Origin: Promethearchaeota archaeon
GTDB taxonomy: Archaea; Asgardarchaeota; Lokiarchaeia; Sigyniarchaeales; SOKP01
Length of the DNA stretch: 32,000 bases
Reading direction: 5' to 3'
NCBI GenBank assembly: GCA_030606485.1
Contig: JAUWGH010000010.1
Coordinates: 49,317 to 81,316, forward strand
Of this stretch, positions 16,145 to 24,890 are shown piece after piece. The position numbers were made by a program, and so were the translations under genes. Below the pieces are notes generated by a model. The model had not been told where the DNA came from, made no database searches, and worked only from the letters and a program-made list of their open reading frames with translations. Each line of letters begins with the position of its first letter. Position 1 is the first letter of the stretch.

Positions 16145-18706
16145 CTATATTTTTTCTTTAATAAATTCAAGAATAGAATTAAGAACAATATTACCAATGC
16201 TTAAACCGATACCTTTAGGAATGCTCAACCCCAAAGGTATTAATACATACTTAAATATTTTAAATACTGTTCTTCCTACTTTTTTAATCTTACTATCTCT
16301 CTCAATTAAATAAGGACCAACAAAACTCATAAAAGGAAGCCGTTCCTCATTTAACTTAGTTTCTCCATCAATTCTTATATAAAGTTCTTCAATAGTACTT
16401 GGTTCAGGAGCAAAAATATCAAAAGAACAGATAAAGTTTTGACCCACATTAATATTAATTCCATCTGGTGATAAAAATTCATAATAACTATCCTTTTGCT
16501 GCTCAAAATTTACCCTCTTTCCCTTTATTACAGCATCAAGAGGTTGAAGGTTTACGCCCATATTTTTTATTTCAAATGGAATTTTCGAATCAGTTATTAC
16601 AGATACTTTAAATCTTTCTCCAACCATTATTTTTGATTCTGTCTCTCTTGAGTCCTCAAATAATAATATTCCTTGTAATAATTGACCAATTATTATACTT
16701 GCAACCGCATTTAGATTAACTTTAATTCCTTCAATTGTACCAAGTTGTTTTTGGGTTAAATTCGCACTTGTTCTCACCAAATTATAAATATTTTTAGAAA
16801 TCTGTTTATTAATTTCGACCATTTCATTTAGATTATTTAGTTTTGATATTTCTGAGAGGATTTGAGAATATTGATGTATATTTAATTTAGATAATGCTCC
16901 CAGTTCCTTCTGAATAGATTCCCATAGATTTGCCATATTTCCGGTTATTGTATATTTTACATCTTTTATTTCACTAATCAATTCTTGCTTAGTATCATCA
17001 ATTTTCATCGATATTCTATTTGTCTCTAATCCAATTTCTTTTTTCACATCATAATACATACGTTTTAATCCTCTACTTATCTCTAAAGTTTGGTATTGAC
17101 TAACTCTTTCTAACCTTTCAAACATTTCTTCTTTGAAATTTTTCAATTCTTGTTTATATCCAATTTGAATTTTCTTTGTAAAATAACCATCTAAATCTTG
17201 AGTAACTCTTAATATTTGTAATAAAGCTGCTTTTTTTTCTGGAGGTATTACTTCGATAGAATTATATTCTTGTATACTACGAATAAAAGTGTCGAGAGAA
17301 TTTACCACGATAATTAGTTTTTTAAGATCCCATTTTTCAAAAATATTCTTTGTTTCTCCTAATTCTTTCAAATCTACTTTCTCAAATTCTAACGCATTTC
17401 TTAAAGAATTAAAGCATGTTTTTTTAGCTTTTAATAATTTTATTACATCTTCTGGAAATACTTTATTTTCAAACTCTATTAATTTATTATTTATTTGTTC
17501 TGAAATAATTATGGCATTGTCTTGTAATTCAATGAAAGTTTGACTATCTATACATTCTAAAAATTGTGTATCTAAAGGCTCTAATTGATTCATTAATTCT
17601 AAGATATTTTTAGTCCATAATTCATATTTATTTAATTTTTTTATATCATTAACAAATAGATCAGAATCTCTTTTTATAAATTGTTCTCTAGCTTTCCTAA
17701 ATTTAAATAAGGCTTCATTAAACTTGTGTAAATGAATAAATACTACACCTAAATTTCCATAAGCATCTGCACATGTTGGATCGCTCTCTATTGCTCTCTC
17801 ATAGCATTTGATTGCCTTGTCAAAATCACCAAGTTCAGAGAATGCAAGACCTTTATTATTCCACGCACTTGCACATGTTGGATCGATCTCTATTGCTCTC
17901 TCATACCAATTGATTGCCTTGTCAAAATCACCAAGCTCGGCGCATGCAATACCTTTATTATTCCACCCTCTTGCATAATTTGGATCGATCTCTATTGCTC
18001 TCTCATAGCATTTGGTTTCCTTGTCAAAATCCCCAAGCTTAGAGAATGCAATACCTTTATTATTCCAGGCATATGCAAATGTTGACTCGATCTCTATTGC
18101 TCTCTCATAGCAATTGATTGCCTTGTCAAAATCCCCAAGCTTAGAGAATGCATTACCTTTATTAAACCATACCTCTGCATGATTTGGATCGATCTCTATT
18201 ACTCTCTCATAGCATCTGGTTGCCTTGTCAAAATCCCCAAGCTTAGAGAATGCATTACCTTTATTATTCCACGCATCTGTAAATGTTGGATCGATCTCTA
18301 TTGCTCTCTCATAGCAATTGATTGCCTTGTCAAAATCCCCAAGCTTAGCGAGCACATTACCTTTATTATTCCACGCACCTGCATAATTTGGATCGATCTC
18401 TATTGCTCTCTCATAGCAATTGATTGCCTTGTCAAAATCCCCAAGCTCGGCCCATGCAATACCTTTATTATTCCACGCACCTGGAAATGTTGGATCGATC
18501 TCTATTGCTTTCCCATAGCAATTGATTGCCTTGTCAAAATCCCCAAGCTCAGAGAATGCAATACCTTTATTAAACCACGCATCTGCAAATGTTGGATCGA
18601 TCTCTATTGCTTTCCCATAGCATTTGATTTCCTTGTCAAAATCCCCAAGCTCAGAGAATGCAAAACCTTTATTAAACCACACCTTTGCTTTTTTTTGCTT
18701 TTTCAT
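16145..18706 (-). CDS. TPR-array protein, 853 aa: 9 near-identical plus 1 divergent TPR, helical/coiled-coil middle, Ig-like domain, hydrophobic C-terminal tail
   Basis: Consensus AxAWNNKGxAFSxLGDFDKAIxCYERAIEIDPxx repeated from aa 7. Confidence 0.95.
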   Translation of the reverse strand: MKKQKKAKVWFNKGFAFSELGDFDKEIKCYGKAIEIDPTFADAWFNKGIAFSELGDFDKAINCYGKAIEIDPTFPGAWNNKGIAWAELGDFDKAINCYERAIEIDPNYAGAWNNKGNVLAKLGDFDKAINCYERAIEIDPTFTDAWNNKGNAFSKLGDFDKATRCYERVIEIDPNHAEVWFNKGNAFSKLGDFDKAINCYERAIEIESTFAYAWNNKGIAFSKLGDFDKETKCYERAIEIDPNYARGWNNKGIACAELGDFDKAINWYERAIEIDPTCASAWNNKGLAFSELGDFDKAIKCYERAIESDPTCADAYGNLGVVFIHLHKFNEALFKFRKAREQFIKRDSDLFVNDIKKLNKYELWTKNILELMNQLEPLDTQFLECIDSQTFIELQDNAIIISEQINNKLIEFENKVFPEDVIKLLKAKKTCFNSLRNALEFEKVDLKELGETKNIFEKWDLKKLIIVVNSLDTFIRSIQEYNSIEVIPPEKKAALLQILRVTQDLDGYFTKKIQIGYKQELKNFKEEMFERLERVSQYQTLEISRGLKRMYYDVKKEIGLETNRISMKIDDTKQELISEIKDVKYTITGNMANLWESIQKELGALSKLNIHQYSQILSEISKLNNLNEMVEINKQISKNIYNLVRTSANLTQKQLGTIEGIKVNLNAVASIIIGQLLQGILLFEDSRETESKIMVGERFKVSVITDSKIPFEIKNMGVNLQPLDAVIKGKRVNFEQQKDSYYEFLSPDGININVGQNFICSFDIFAPEPSTIEELYIRIDGETKLNEERLPFMSFVGPYLIERDSKIKKVGRTVFKIFKYVLIPLGLSIPKGIGLSIGNIVLNSILEFIKEKI
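17771..18688 (-). repeat. Nine tandem 102-bp coding repeats (TPR units)
   Basis: Recurring DNA blocks such as GCCTTGTCAAAATCCCCAAGC and GGATCGATCTCTATTGC at 102-bp period. Confidence 0.95.
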
Positions 18707-18762
18707 AATTTATTTTGATTGAAAATTTTCAACTATCTCTTTTTTAAAAATATAATAATCAT

Positions 18763-18987
18763 TTACGATAAATAAATGTTTAAAGAAATTCGATCTGTTG
18801 TAAAATCTCTCATTGATTCATGAACATTTTTTAACTCTATTTTATTTTTTAGACTTTTTTCAAGGTAATAAAAACTTCTTGACAAAATATCGTTATAATT
18901 AAACTCAAATTCGTTATGCTCGGGCAACTGGTCCCCATAACTAATTCCGTAAATAATTGCAAAATAATTGCAATTATACATAAACAT
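18763..18987 (-). CDS. Doubtful short ORF or remnant (74 aa)
   Basis: ORF track only; co-oriented with the TPR gene; no motif. Confidence 0.3.
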   Translation of the reverse strand: MFMYNCNYFAIIYGISYGDQLPEHNEFEFNYNDILSRSFYYLEKSLKNKIELKNVHESMRDFTTDRISLNIYLS

Positions 18988-19403
18988 TTCCCTATCTCTT
19001 CTTTATTTCCTTTTTCCCTCTACCCCTTCTCCATTGGCTTCTCATTTTATATATTCTAATTTAATTAATAACAATCCAGATATTTAAATTGAAAAATAAT
19101 AACTTATATGAATTTAAACATTTTTTTTTAATTTCATTGAAGAATTTTTAATAAAATTCAATATCAAGAATTGAGAAATCTTTAATAATCATTTTTATAT
19201 ACTATTTTACGTTACTCTACTGTGAATAAGATTTTAAACATTTAGAAAACAAGGAAATTGTGATAATCTTATCTATATGAAAAAAAATTTTCAAGTATTA
19301 TTAGGTGATAAATATTGGACGTATCTATTTTTTGATGTCAAAAAATTAGAAAAATCTATGAATAATATTTAAAATTTTTTCAATAGATATTCCAAGTTTC
19401 ATG

Positions 19404-19886
19404 TTAACTTTCAGAATTGACTATTATTTGCCCATCTTTATAATATTCAATAATTGGTTTTTTTTGAAAATCCTCATTTACATAAAAATATACAAATAAC
19501 CCAAATTTATAATCATATTTTTTATCAGAAGTAAGAAATTTAAGTCGTATTTTATCAGCTTTGACCTCTATACTTGATAATAAATATTCAGATTTTTTTA
19601 TTTCAACTGCCAAAAGATTTTTTGATGTTATTCTCTTATGGACAATAATATCAGGTAAAAATTTCTTTCTTTTTGATCCACAGCGTAATTTTTTTGGCTG
19701 AACACCATCTCTATTATATTCACAATCAACATTCCATCCTGGAAATTCTTTTTCAATGTATATTGCGAGTCTAAAGGCAATTGATCTTTCGCTAGAATTA
19801 ATCTTCAATAATATTTTATCCTTTTCTAACACGTTATTTATTGCCTTATTTGTTTTCTCTTTAATTATTTCTAAATCATAACTCAT
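19404..19886 (-). CDS. Stand-alone PD-(D/E)XK superfamily nuclease-like protein, 160 aa
   Basis: SERSIAFRLA..VDCEYNR..PDIIVHKR..LLAVEIKK: the E..PD..E-x-K catalytic arrangement of restriction-endonuclease-like folds. Confidence 0.8.
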   Translation of the reverse strand: MSYDLEIIKEKTNKAINNVLEKDKILLKINSSERSIAFRLAIYIEKEFPGWNVDCEYNRDGVQPKKLRCGSKRKKFLPDIIVHKRITSKNLLAVEIKKSEYLLSSIEVKADKIRLKFLTSDKKYDYKFGLFVYFYVNEDFQKKPIIEYYKDGQIIVNSES

Positions 19887-20175
19887 ATTATAATCAACTT
19901 AAAATTCATTTTTAAATTATTGCAAGAAATTTTTTATTATAATGTAAAATTTAATGCTTATATTCTGCTATATCAATGTTTCTACACGAAAACTTCACGT
20001 GGCTTCTGATTTCACTTACTGATGTCTTTTTCAGCATAAAACATATTTATTTAAAATATAGTCAGAGTAAATATTAAAGGAGATTAAAAATATATTCTAT
20101 AGTCTTTAGAAAGGAAAATAAAAATTTGAAGAATAAAAAAAATTGATATAAAAAAAGAGGAAGGTAACAATAGAA

Positions 20176-21060
20176 ATGATTCTAATAATTGGATTTGGAT
20201 CATTGATGAGTTGTTATGGAATTAGCCAACAATCTACTAGAAATATCGAAATCTTTAATCCATTCATTGTTCGATTCAAAGGATGTCGCGGTTTCAATAC
20301 AATTGAATGTCATTATATGGATATAGGGAAATCATTTTACCCTGAAGGAGTTCAAGTTAGCATTGATGAAGTTATTGATAAATCAAGAGATACTATTGAA
20401 TGTCTTGCTTATTATGTCAAAGATAAAACTTTACAAAAGATTGCTAAAAGGGAAGGCTATCCAATCGAACTAATGAAAAGAATAAGAACCTCGTTAAATA
20501 ATTACAACAAAAAAAGCATTGTTCAAGATGGAAAAAGAGAGCTTGCAGAATTTCTCTGGACTTTTTATCCAGAACAAGATATTTCTGCTAATTGTCATAA
20601 AAAAATTCAAAAATATAGAAAAAAATTAGGTGAACAATTTGATACAATTAATGCCAATAGTTATGTTCCTCATCCTGTGAAAGTGATATGTAAACAAAAA
20701 AAAAGGATTGTATTCGGTCTGATCTCAATCCGTACCGATATTGGAGCAAAAAAGGGTTATTATAATGATATTCGCTTGATGACTATACTAGAAGCAATCC
20801 ACTCGGAAAATCCTCCAAGAAGTACCTATTTTTTAGAGTGTATTTTAGGAGGAGTCCACGGAATAAATATAAGGGATTTATTATCAGGGATGGATATTAA
20901 TAATGGAGAAATGAATCGCTATTTAATTAACTTGAAAGAGAATATCAAGGAGGAATGGAACAATACTAAAAATTGGAATTTTCATGGAAATAATTTACGT
21001 GCAAATCTTGAACGATCTGGCTTATTGGAATATTTTCCTGAATTATCTATGGAATTTTAG
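20176..21060 (+). CDS. Gamma-glutamylcyclotransferase (GGCT/ChaC/AIG2)-like fold protein with C-terminal extension, 294 aa
   Basis: N-terminal IIGFGSLM (cf. [FY]GYGSL[MI]) and LQKIAKREGYP (cf. LDxREGY); SD-like GAGGAAGGT upstream. Confidence 0.7.
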   Translation: MILIIGFGSLMSCYGISQQSTRNIEIFNPFIVRFKGCRGFNTIECHYMDIGKSFYPEGVQVSIDEVIDKSRDTIECLAYYVKDKTLQKIAKREGYPIELMKRIRTSLNNYNKKSIVQDGKRELAEFLWTFYPEQDISANCHKKIQKYRKKLGEQFDTINANSYVPHPVKVICKQKKRIVFGLISIRTDIGAKKGYYNDIRLMTILEAIHSENPPRSTYFLECILGGVHGINIRDLLSGMDINNGEMNRYLINLKENIKEEWNNTKNWNFHGNNLRANLERSGLLEYFPELSMEF

Positions 21061-21407
21061 ATTAAGATTAAAAACTAAAAATCTAGTTAGATATAGGAAA
21101 AAATAATTGCATTTTATTTGAGTCTATTTTATAAAAGATAGTCACTTTTTTATAGATAAAAAAATATATATTTTAAATTTCATTATAGTTATATAGGTTA
21201 TTTATAAAACCTATTGCATTGGAATCTCCGTCAGTAAAAGTATTCGCATTTAGTTAATATTTAGCTTTTTTTGAGTAGAGAATAAGTAGATGTAAGTAAA
21301 ATAGTGTTTTACACTTTTTTTAGAGTTTAAGTCGTGAGTGAGTAAGAATTAGTCTTTTATATTTGTATATGGGATTTAGGGCATTTTAGGAATTAAGAGA
21401 TTTTAGT

Positions 21408-21839
21408 TTGGGGTTTCACTGCACTTATCACTCACTCGAGGTGTTAAAATTAAAACCAAAAATAATTATAGATATTTCTAATATCGCCGGTTATTATAAT
21501 GAATTCCCCCCTAAAATAAAAAATATCGACATAATGTATAACACTTTAAAATATAAATATTGGATCATCGGTATAGCTGATTGGCAACTGTATTATTATA
21601 TTGATTATCTTGAGTCTTATAAAAATTACTTAAAACGAAGAATAATTTTGGAAGCTCCTCCAGGTATTAAGGCAGATATTCTTTTAATAATGAAGGCCAT
21701 TCAGGATGATTGTCCAATAATTACAAATGATAATTTAAGAGATCATGAGGATTTAATTCCCTCAATATCTTGGTTAAAAAATCATAGGATTCCATTTGAT
21801 ATAATTAATGGGGAATTTAGGATTTATTTGTCAAAATAA
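21408..21839 (+). CDS. Zc3h12a/Regnase-like NYN (PIN-fold) ribonuclease domain protein (start uncertain; GTG 21441 possible)
   Basis: IIIDISNIA (D-x-S-N), IAD, KADILLI, IITNDNLRDH, WLKNHRIPF: the acidic tetrad and order of the RNase_Zc3h12a-type NYN domain. Confidence 0.8.
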   Translation: MGFHCTYHSLEVLKLKPKIIIDISNIAGYYNEFPPKIKNIDIMYNTLKYKYWIIGIADWQLYYYIDYLESYKNYLKRRIILEAPPGIKADILLIMKAIQDDCPIITNDNLRDHEDLIPSISWLKNHRIPFDIINGEFRIYLSK

Positions 21840-22160
21840 ATAAAATATAGTGAGATTAAATCTCACATTTTTTTTTCTACATTTTTAATCTCTAACAAAT
21901 AAAAAAAATGAGAATTATAATATTAAATTTAATTATTCTGTAAGGAGTAACGGGATTTTATTAGGATTAAAAGTTATTTCTGTTTTATAAGATAAAATAC
22001 TCCAGAGTGGTCCTAATCCTATTGCCTCCGTACTATATCTTTTTTCAATTAAATAAGAGCTATATCTTTTAATTTCAAAATTTTCATTTATTTTTATGAG
22101 ATCATGTTCTATAAAAATATCAGGTAAAAGTATTTCAATAATAATTGGCATTTTAATAAG

Positions 22161-22213
22161 ACAACTTTTTATCGCCACAAATACAACTTTTTAGTACCAC
22201 AAACAACTTTTTA
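22161..22213. repeat. Three direct copies of ACAACTTTTTA at 22- and 20-bp spacing, separated by CCACAAA
   Basis: Copies start at 22161, 22183 and 22203; CCACAAA at 22175 and 22197. Confidence 0.7.
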
Positions 22214-23105
22214 ATACTATTTTTAAGAAACCACTATACTATTATTTAAAACGCATTTTTGATTCTTTTTAAAAAAAGTGGGAATGAATAAATCTGCTGA
22301 AAAAATTTTGACAGCTGTACTAAATTTTCGGATTCTTATGATATTTCATAAGAAAAAGTAAAGCTTTATAAGAGAGATCAAAAGGCTTTTTTTTTAGAAA
22401 TAAAAATTATAATATAAATTATGACAATGGAAAAAAAAAAAATTAAGACGGGAATTTTTATTTACGATTTTCATTGTCATATTACCATACGTTAGTTTTT
22501 TTTTAAAAATTACGATTACATTAACAAGATGGTATTTTATGTATAAAAACTTTTCCATTTTTTAAAATTAATTTAGGAATTTCTTATAATTAATTATTTC
22601 GATAATTTAAGGCTAAATTAAAAATTATAATATAACCTAAAAAATATAAATAGTCTCTCCTCGAAAATAGAAAAAGATGTTAAAAACAATGAGCATAATT
22701 TTTATGGTTTTCAATAATATAATGGCTTCAAGTTTTTAACATCTGTTATAATCATAGTAAATCTAGTATATATTTGAATGTTTTCTAAATTTAATCCTAT
22801 AAATAAAGAGCTTCAAGAGGATCTGATTATTTAGAAGCTATTAAAATATTATAATCATTAAAATATTACCCCTTTTTTATACAAAAGAATATTTTAGGAT
22901 TAATCTTTTTTAAATAGAAATCCCAATGATTTTACAATAGTTAAATGCTTTTATTTAATTGAAAAACGAATAATCGAATGATACATAGCAATTTTTTATA
23001 ATTCTAATTCTATCCTTATAATAATTTCAAATTATTGAGTTGAAAAACAATAATATTTTAAAAAAGCTATGATTTTTATTTTCTTGATATTATTATTTTA
23101 ATATA

Positions 23106-24182
23106 TTAATTTAAAGACATCAAGAACTTCAAAATATTCTTTATCCATCTCTTCCATTGTGGATTTAATATTTTCCATCTTTCTATAGTAATTTTTAGTT
23201 CATTATAAAATGCAGTTCTTTCTTCTTTATTAAACTCTTCTATATCATCCAGAATGATGTTTTTAAATTTTTCAATTTTGATTTTATTGGGATTTTCTAA
23301 GTAGAATGATAATAATACATTTACATAAGATTTAATTCCAATAATCTTATTTTTTTTAATTTCTTTTTTAATTTTCTTTAATTCTTGTAAAATTAATGAT
23401 TCATTTTTCAGTTCATTTAATATCTCGCTGTTAGGTTCTTCTTTCTGAAAATAAAAAATTAATTGTGTTCTATTTTCTTTTAATTTCTTTATTTGTTCAC
23501 GCATTTCTTGGGAATTTAAATCAGGATTGAGCCATGTAGGGAAAAATTTCAAGGGCATTAAAGAAAAATTTTCAAAATAAAATCCTGACGTTGTTATTCG
23601 TGTTGACCAATATCCCAAACCAACCATTACTAACAGTTGTTCGGAATAAGGGAGAGTTAAGCGAGATAAGTGAATCGTAAAATCTTGAGTATCAAACATC
23701 TCATCGAAACGATAGCCAATCTGATAAATCTCTTTATCTAGGTATAGGATACCTTGCAGTTGAGATTTTAAATTCTCATCATTTCTAATCAATTGTTCGT
23801 TAAATATATTTTCTCTCCAAATATTAATATTTGCATATAGAATATTCTTAAGTCTTTCTCGATTAAGATTATATTCATCATAAGGATCTTCGAAATGCTC
23901 CAAGTTTCCTTTTAAAGCGTAAAAATTAAGTATGAATAGCTCTCTAGGTATAGTGTTTTCAATATCTACAAATTGCTTTTTATCAATATCCCAATTTTTA
24001 ATGTTAGTGTGAAGATTCCAAATAGTTTTAAGATTACTTTTATACTTCTCAAACCACCAGCTTATATTATATCCACTTTTATAAGTATCATCAAGACTGA
24101 TTATGTTTAATAAATCCCAAGCAAAATATCCATAATCCTTAATCATTTCACGAAAAAAGTCTTTTAAGATGGCTTCGTCCAT
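23106..24182 (-). CDS. Hypothetical protein, 358 aa, helical with a coiled-coil C-terminal region
   Basis: Long ORF, ATG start with upstream AGGT; no motif recognised. Confidence 0.8.
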   Translation of the reverse strand: MDEAILKDFFREMIKDYGYFAWDLLNIISLDDTYKSGYNISWWFEKYKSNLKTIWNLHTNIKNWDIDKKQFVDIENTIPRELFILNFYALKGNLEHFEDPYDEYNLNRERLKNILYANINIWRENIFNEQLIRNDENLKSQLQGILYLDKEIYQIGYRFDEMFDTQDFTIHLSRLTLPYSEQLLVMVGLGYWSTRITTSGFYFENFSLMPLKFFPTWLNPDLNSQEMREQIKKLKENRTQLIFYFQKEEPNSEILNELKNESLILQELKKIKKEIKKNKIIGIKSYVNVLLSFYLENPNKIKIEKFKNIILDDIEEFNKEERTAFYNELKITIERWKILNPQWKRWIKNILKFLMSLN

Positions 24183-24480
24183 ATTAAATAACCTTTAAAA
24201 ATTTTAATCTATTTTATCTTTTCCTTATTCTGGAAGGTCGTTTCCTAAATTTGTAATTGTATAATAAGAGTGATTTTTATTTTTACTTTTTGCATTTTTA
24301 TTATGTAATTGATATTATTTAATATATCCTTAATATAATTTTCATAATAATATTCCATTGGTTTCAATGAGAATATTTTATTATTTGGAATTAAATACTT
24401 TTGATTAATTAATTCTTGTAAATCTCTAGCCCTATTTACTGTATTTCTTTTTATATCTTATTTCTCAGAATATTCTAACT

Positions 24481-24666
24481 ATGAAAAAAGAAAAGGATAA
24501 AAAGTAAAAATCTCATTTCCAAAATAGGCAAACAGATATAATTACAGAGGATCTGCATAAAAAGGGAACTGTTATAAAAGAAATTGAAAAAAATACGGAA
24601 TTATTAAATGAAATCGAATCAACATATAGTATGCAATTAGATAAAATTCTCTCTAAAAAATTATAA
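24481..24666 (+). pseudogene. Probable decayed gene fragment
   Basis: ATG frame MKKEKDKK*KSHFQNRQTDIITEDLHKKGTVIKEIEKNTELLNEIESTYSMQLDKILSKKL*: protein-like but interrupted by TAA. Confidence 0.3.
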
Positions 24667-24890
24667 ATTATACTTTATCAGTCTTGTTTCTATAAAAATG
24701 ATGGTATCACAACATAAAGATATTATTCTTGAATATTAATCATAAAAGAAGAATGAATGATATCATAAAATAAAAATTTAAATGATCATAAATTGATGAA
24801 TAACGTATAATAAGAAATTCCAGAGAATGGACAAATTTTGTTGAATATACTGATAGAAAAAAATATTATTTATTATTTGGTGATAGATAT

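Noticed and set aside
11023-17543. Track ORFs 11023-11241(-), 13591-13830(-), 15271-15489(+), 16131-16313(+), 17289-17543(+)
   Set aside because: Overlap longer genes on the opposite strand or frame, with the Ser/Phe/Ile-rich composition typical of antisense frames.
17771-18688. Tandem repeats as a CRISPR array or DGR target
   Set aside because: Units are 102-bp coding TPRs without unique spacers, and no cas genes are present. Some variable codons fit adenine-only change, but others (AAT/ACA, GAG, AGA) do not, and no reverse transcriptase or template repeat is in the window.
18179-18718. 179-aa plus-strand ORF with Cys-rich 34-aa periodicity
   Set aside because: The periodicity is simply the reverse complement of the TPR repeats; a stop-free unit propagates through the array.
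21933-22178. Track ORF, 81 aa, minus strand
   Set aside because: The GTG start lies inside the short direct repeats, with no SD and no motif; at most a remnant.
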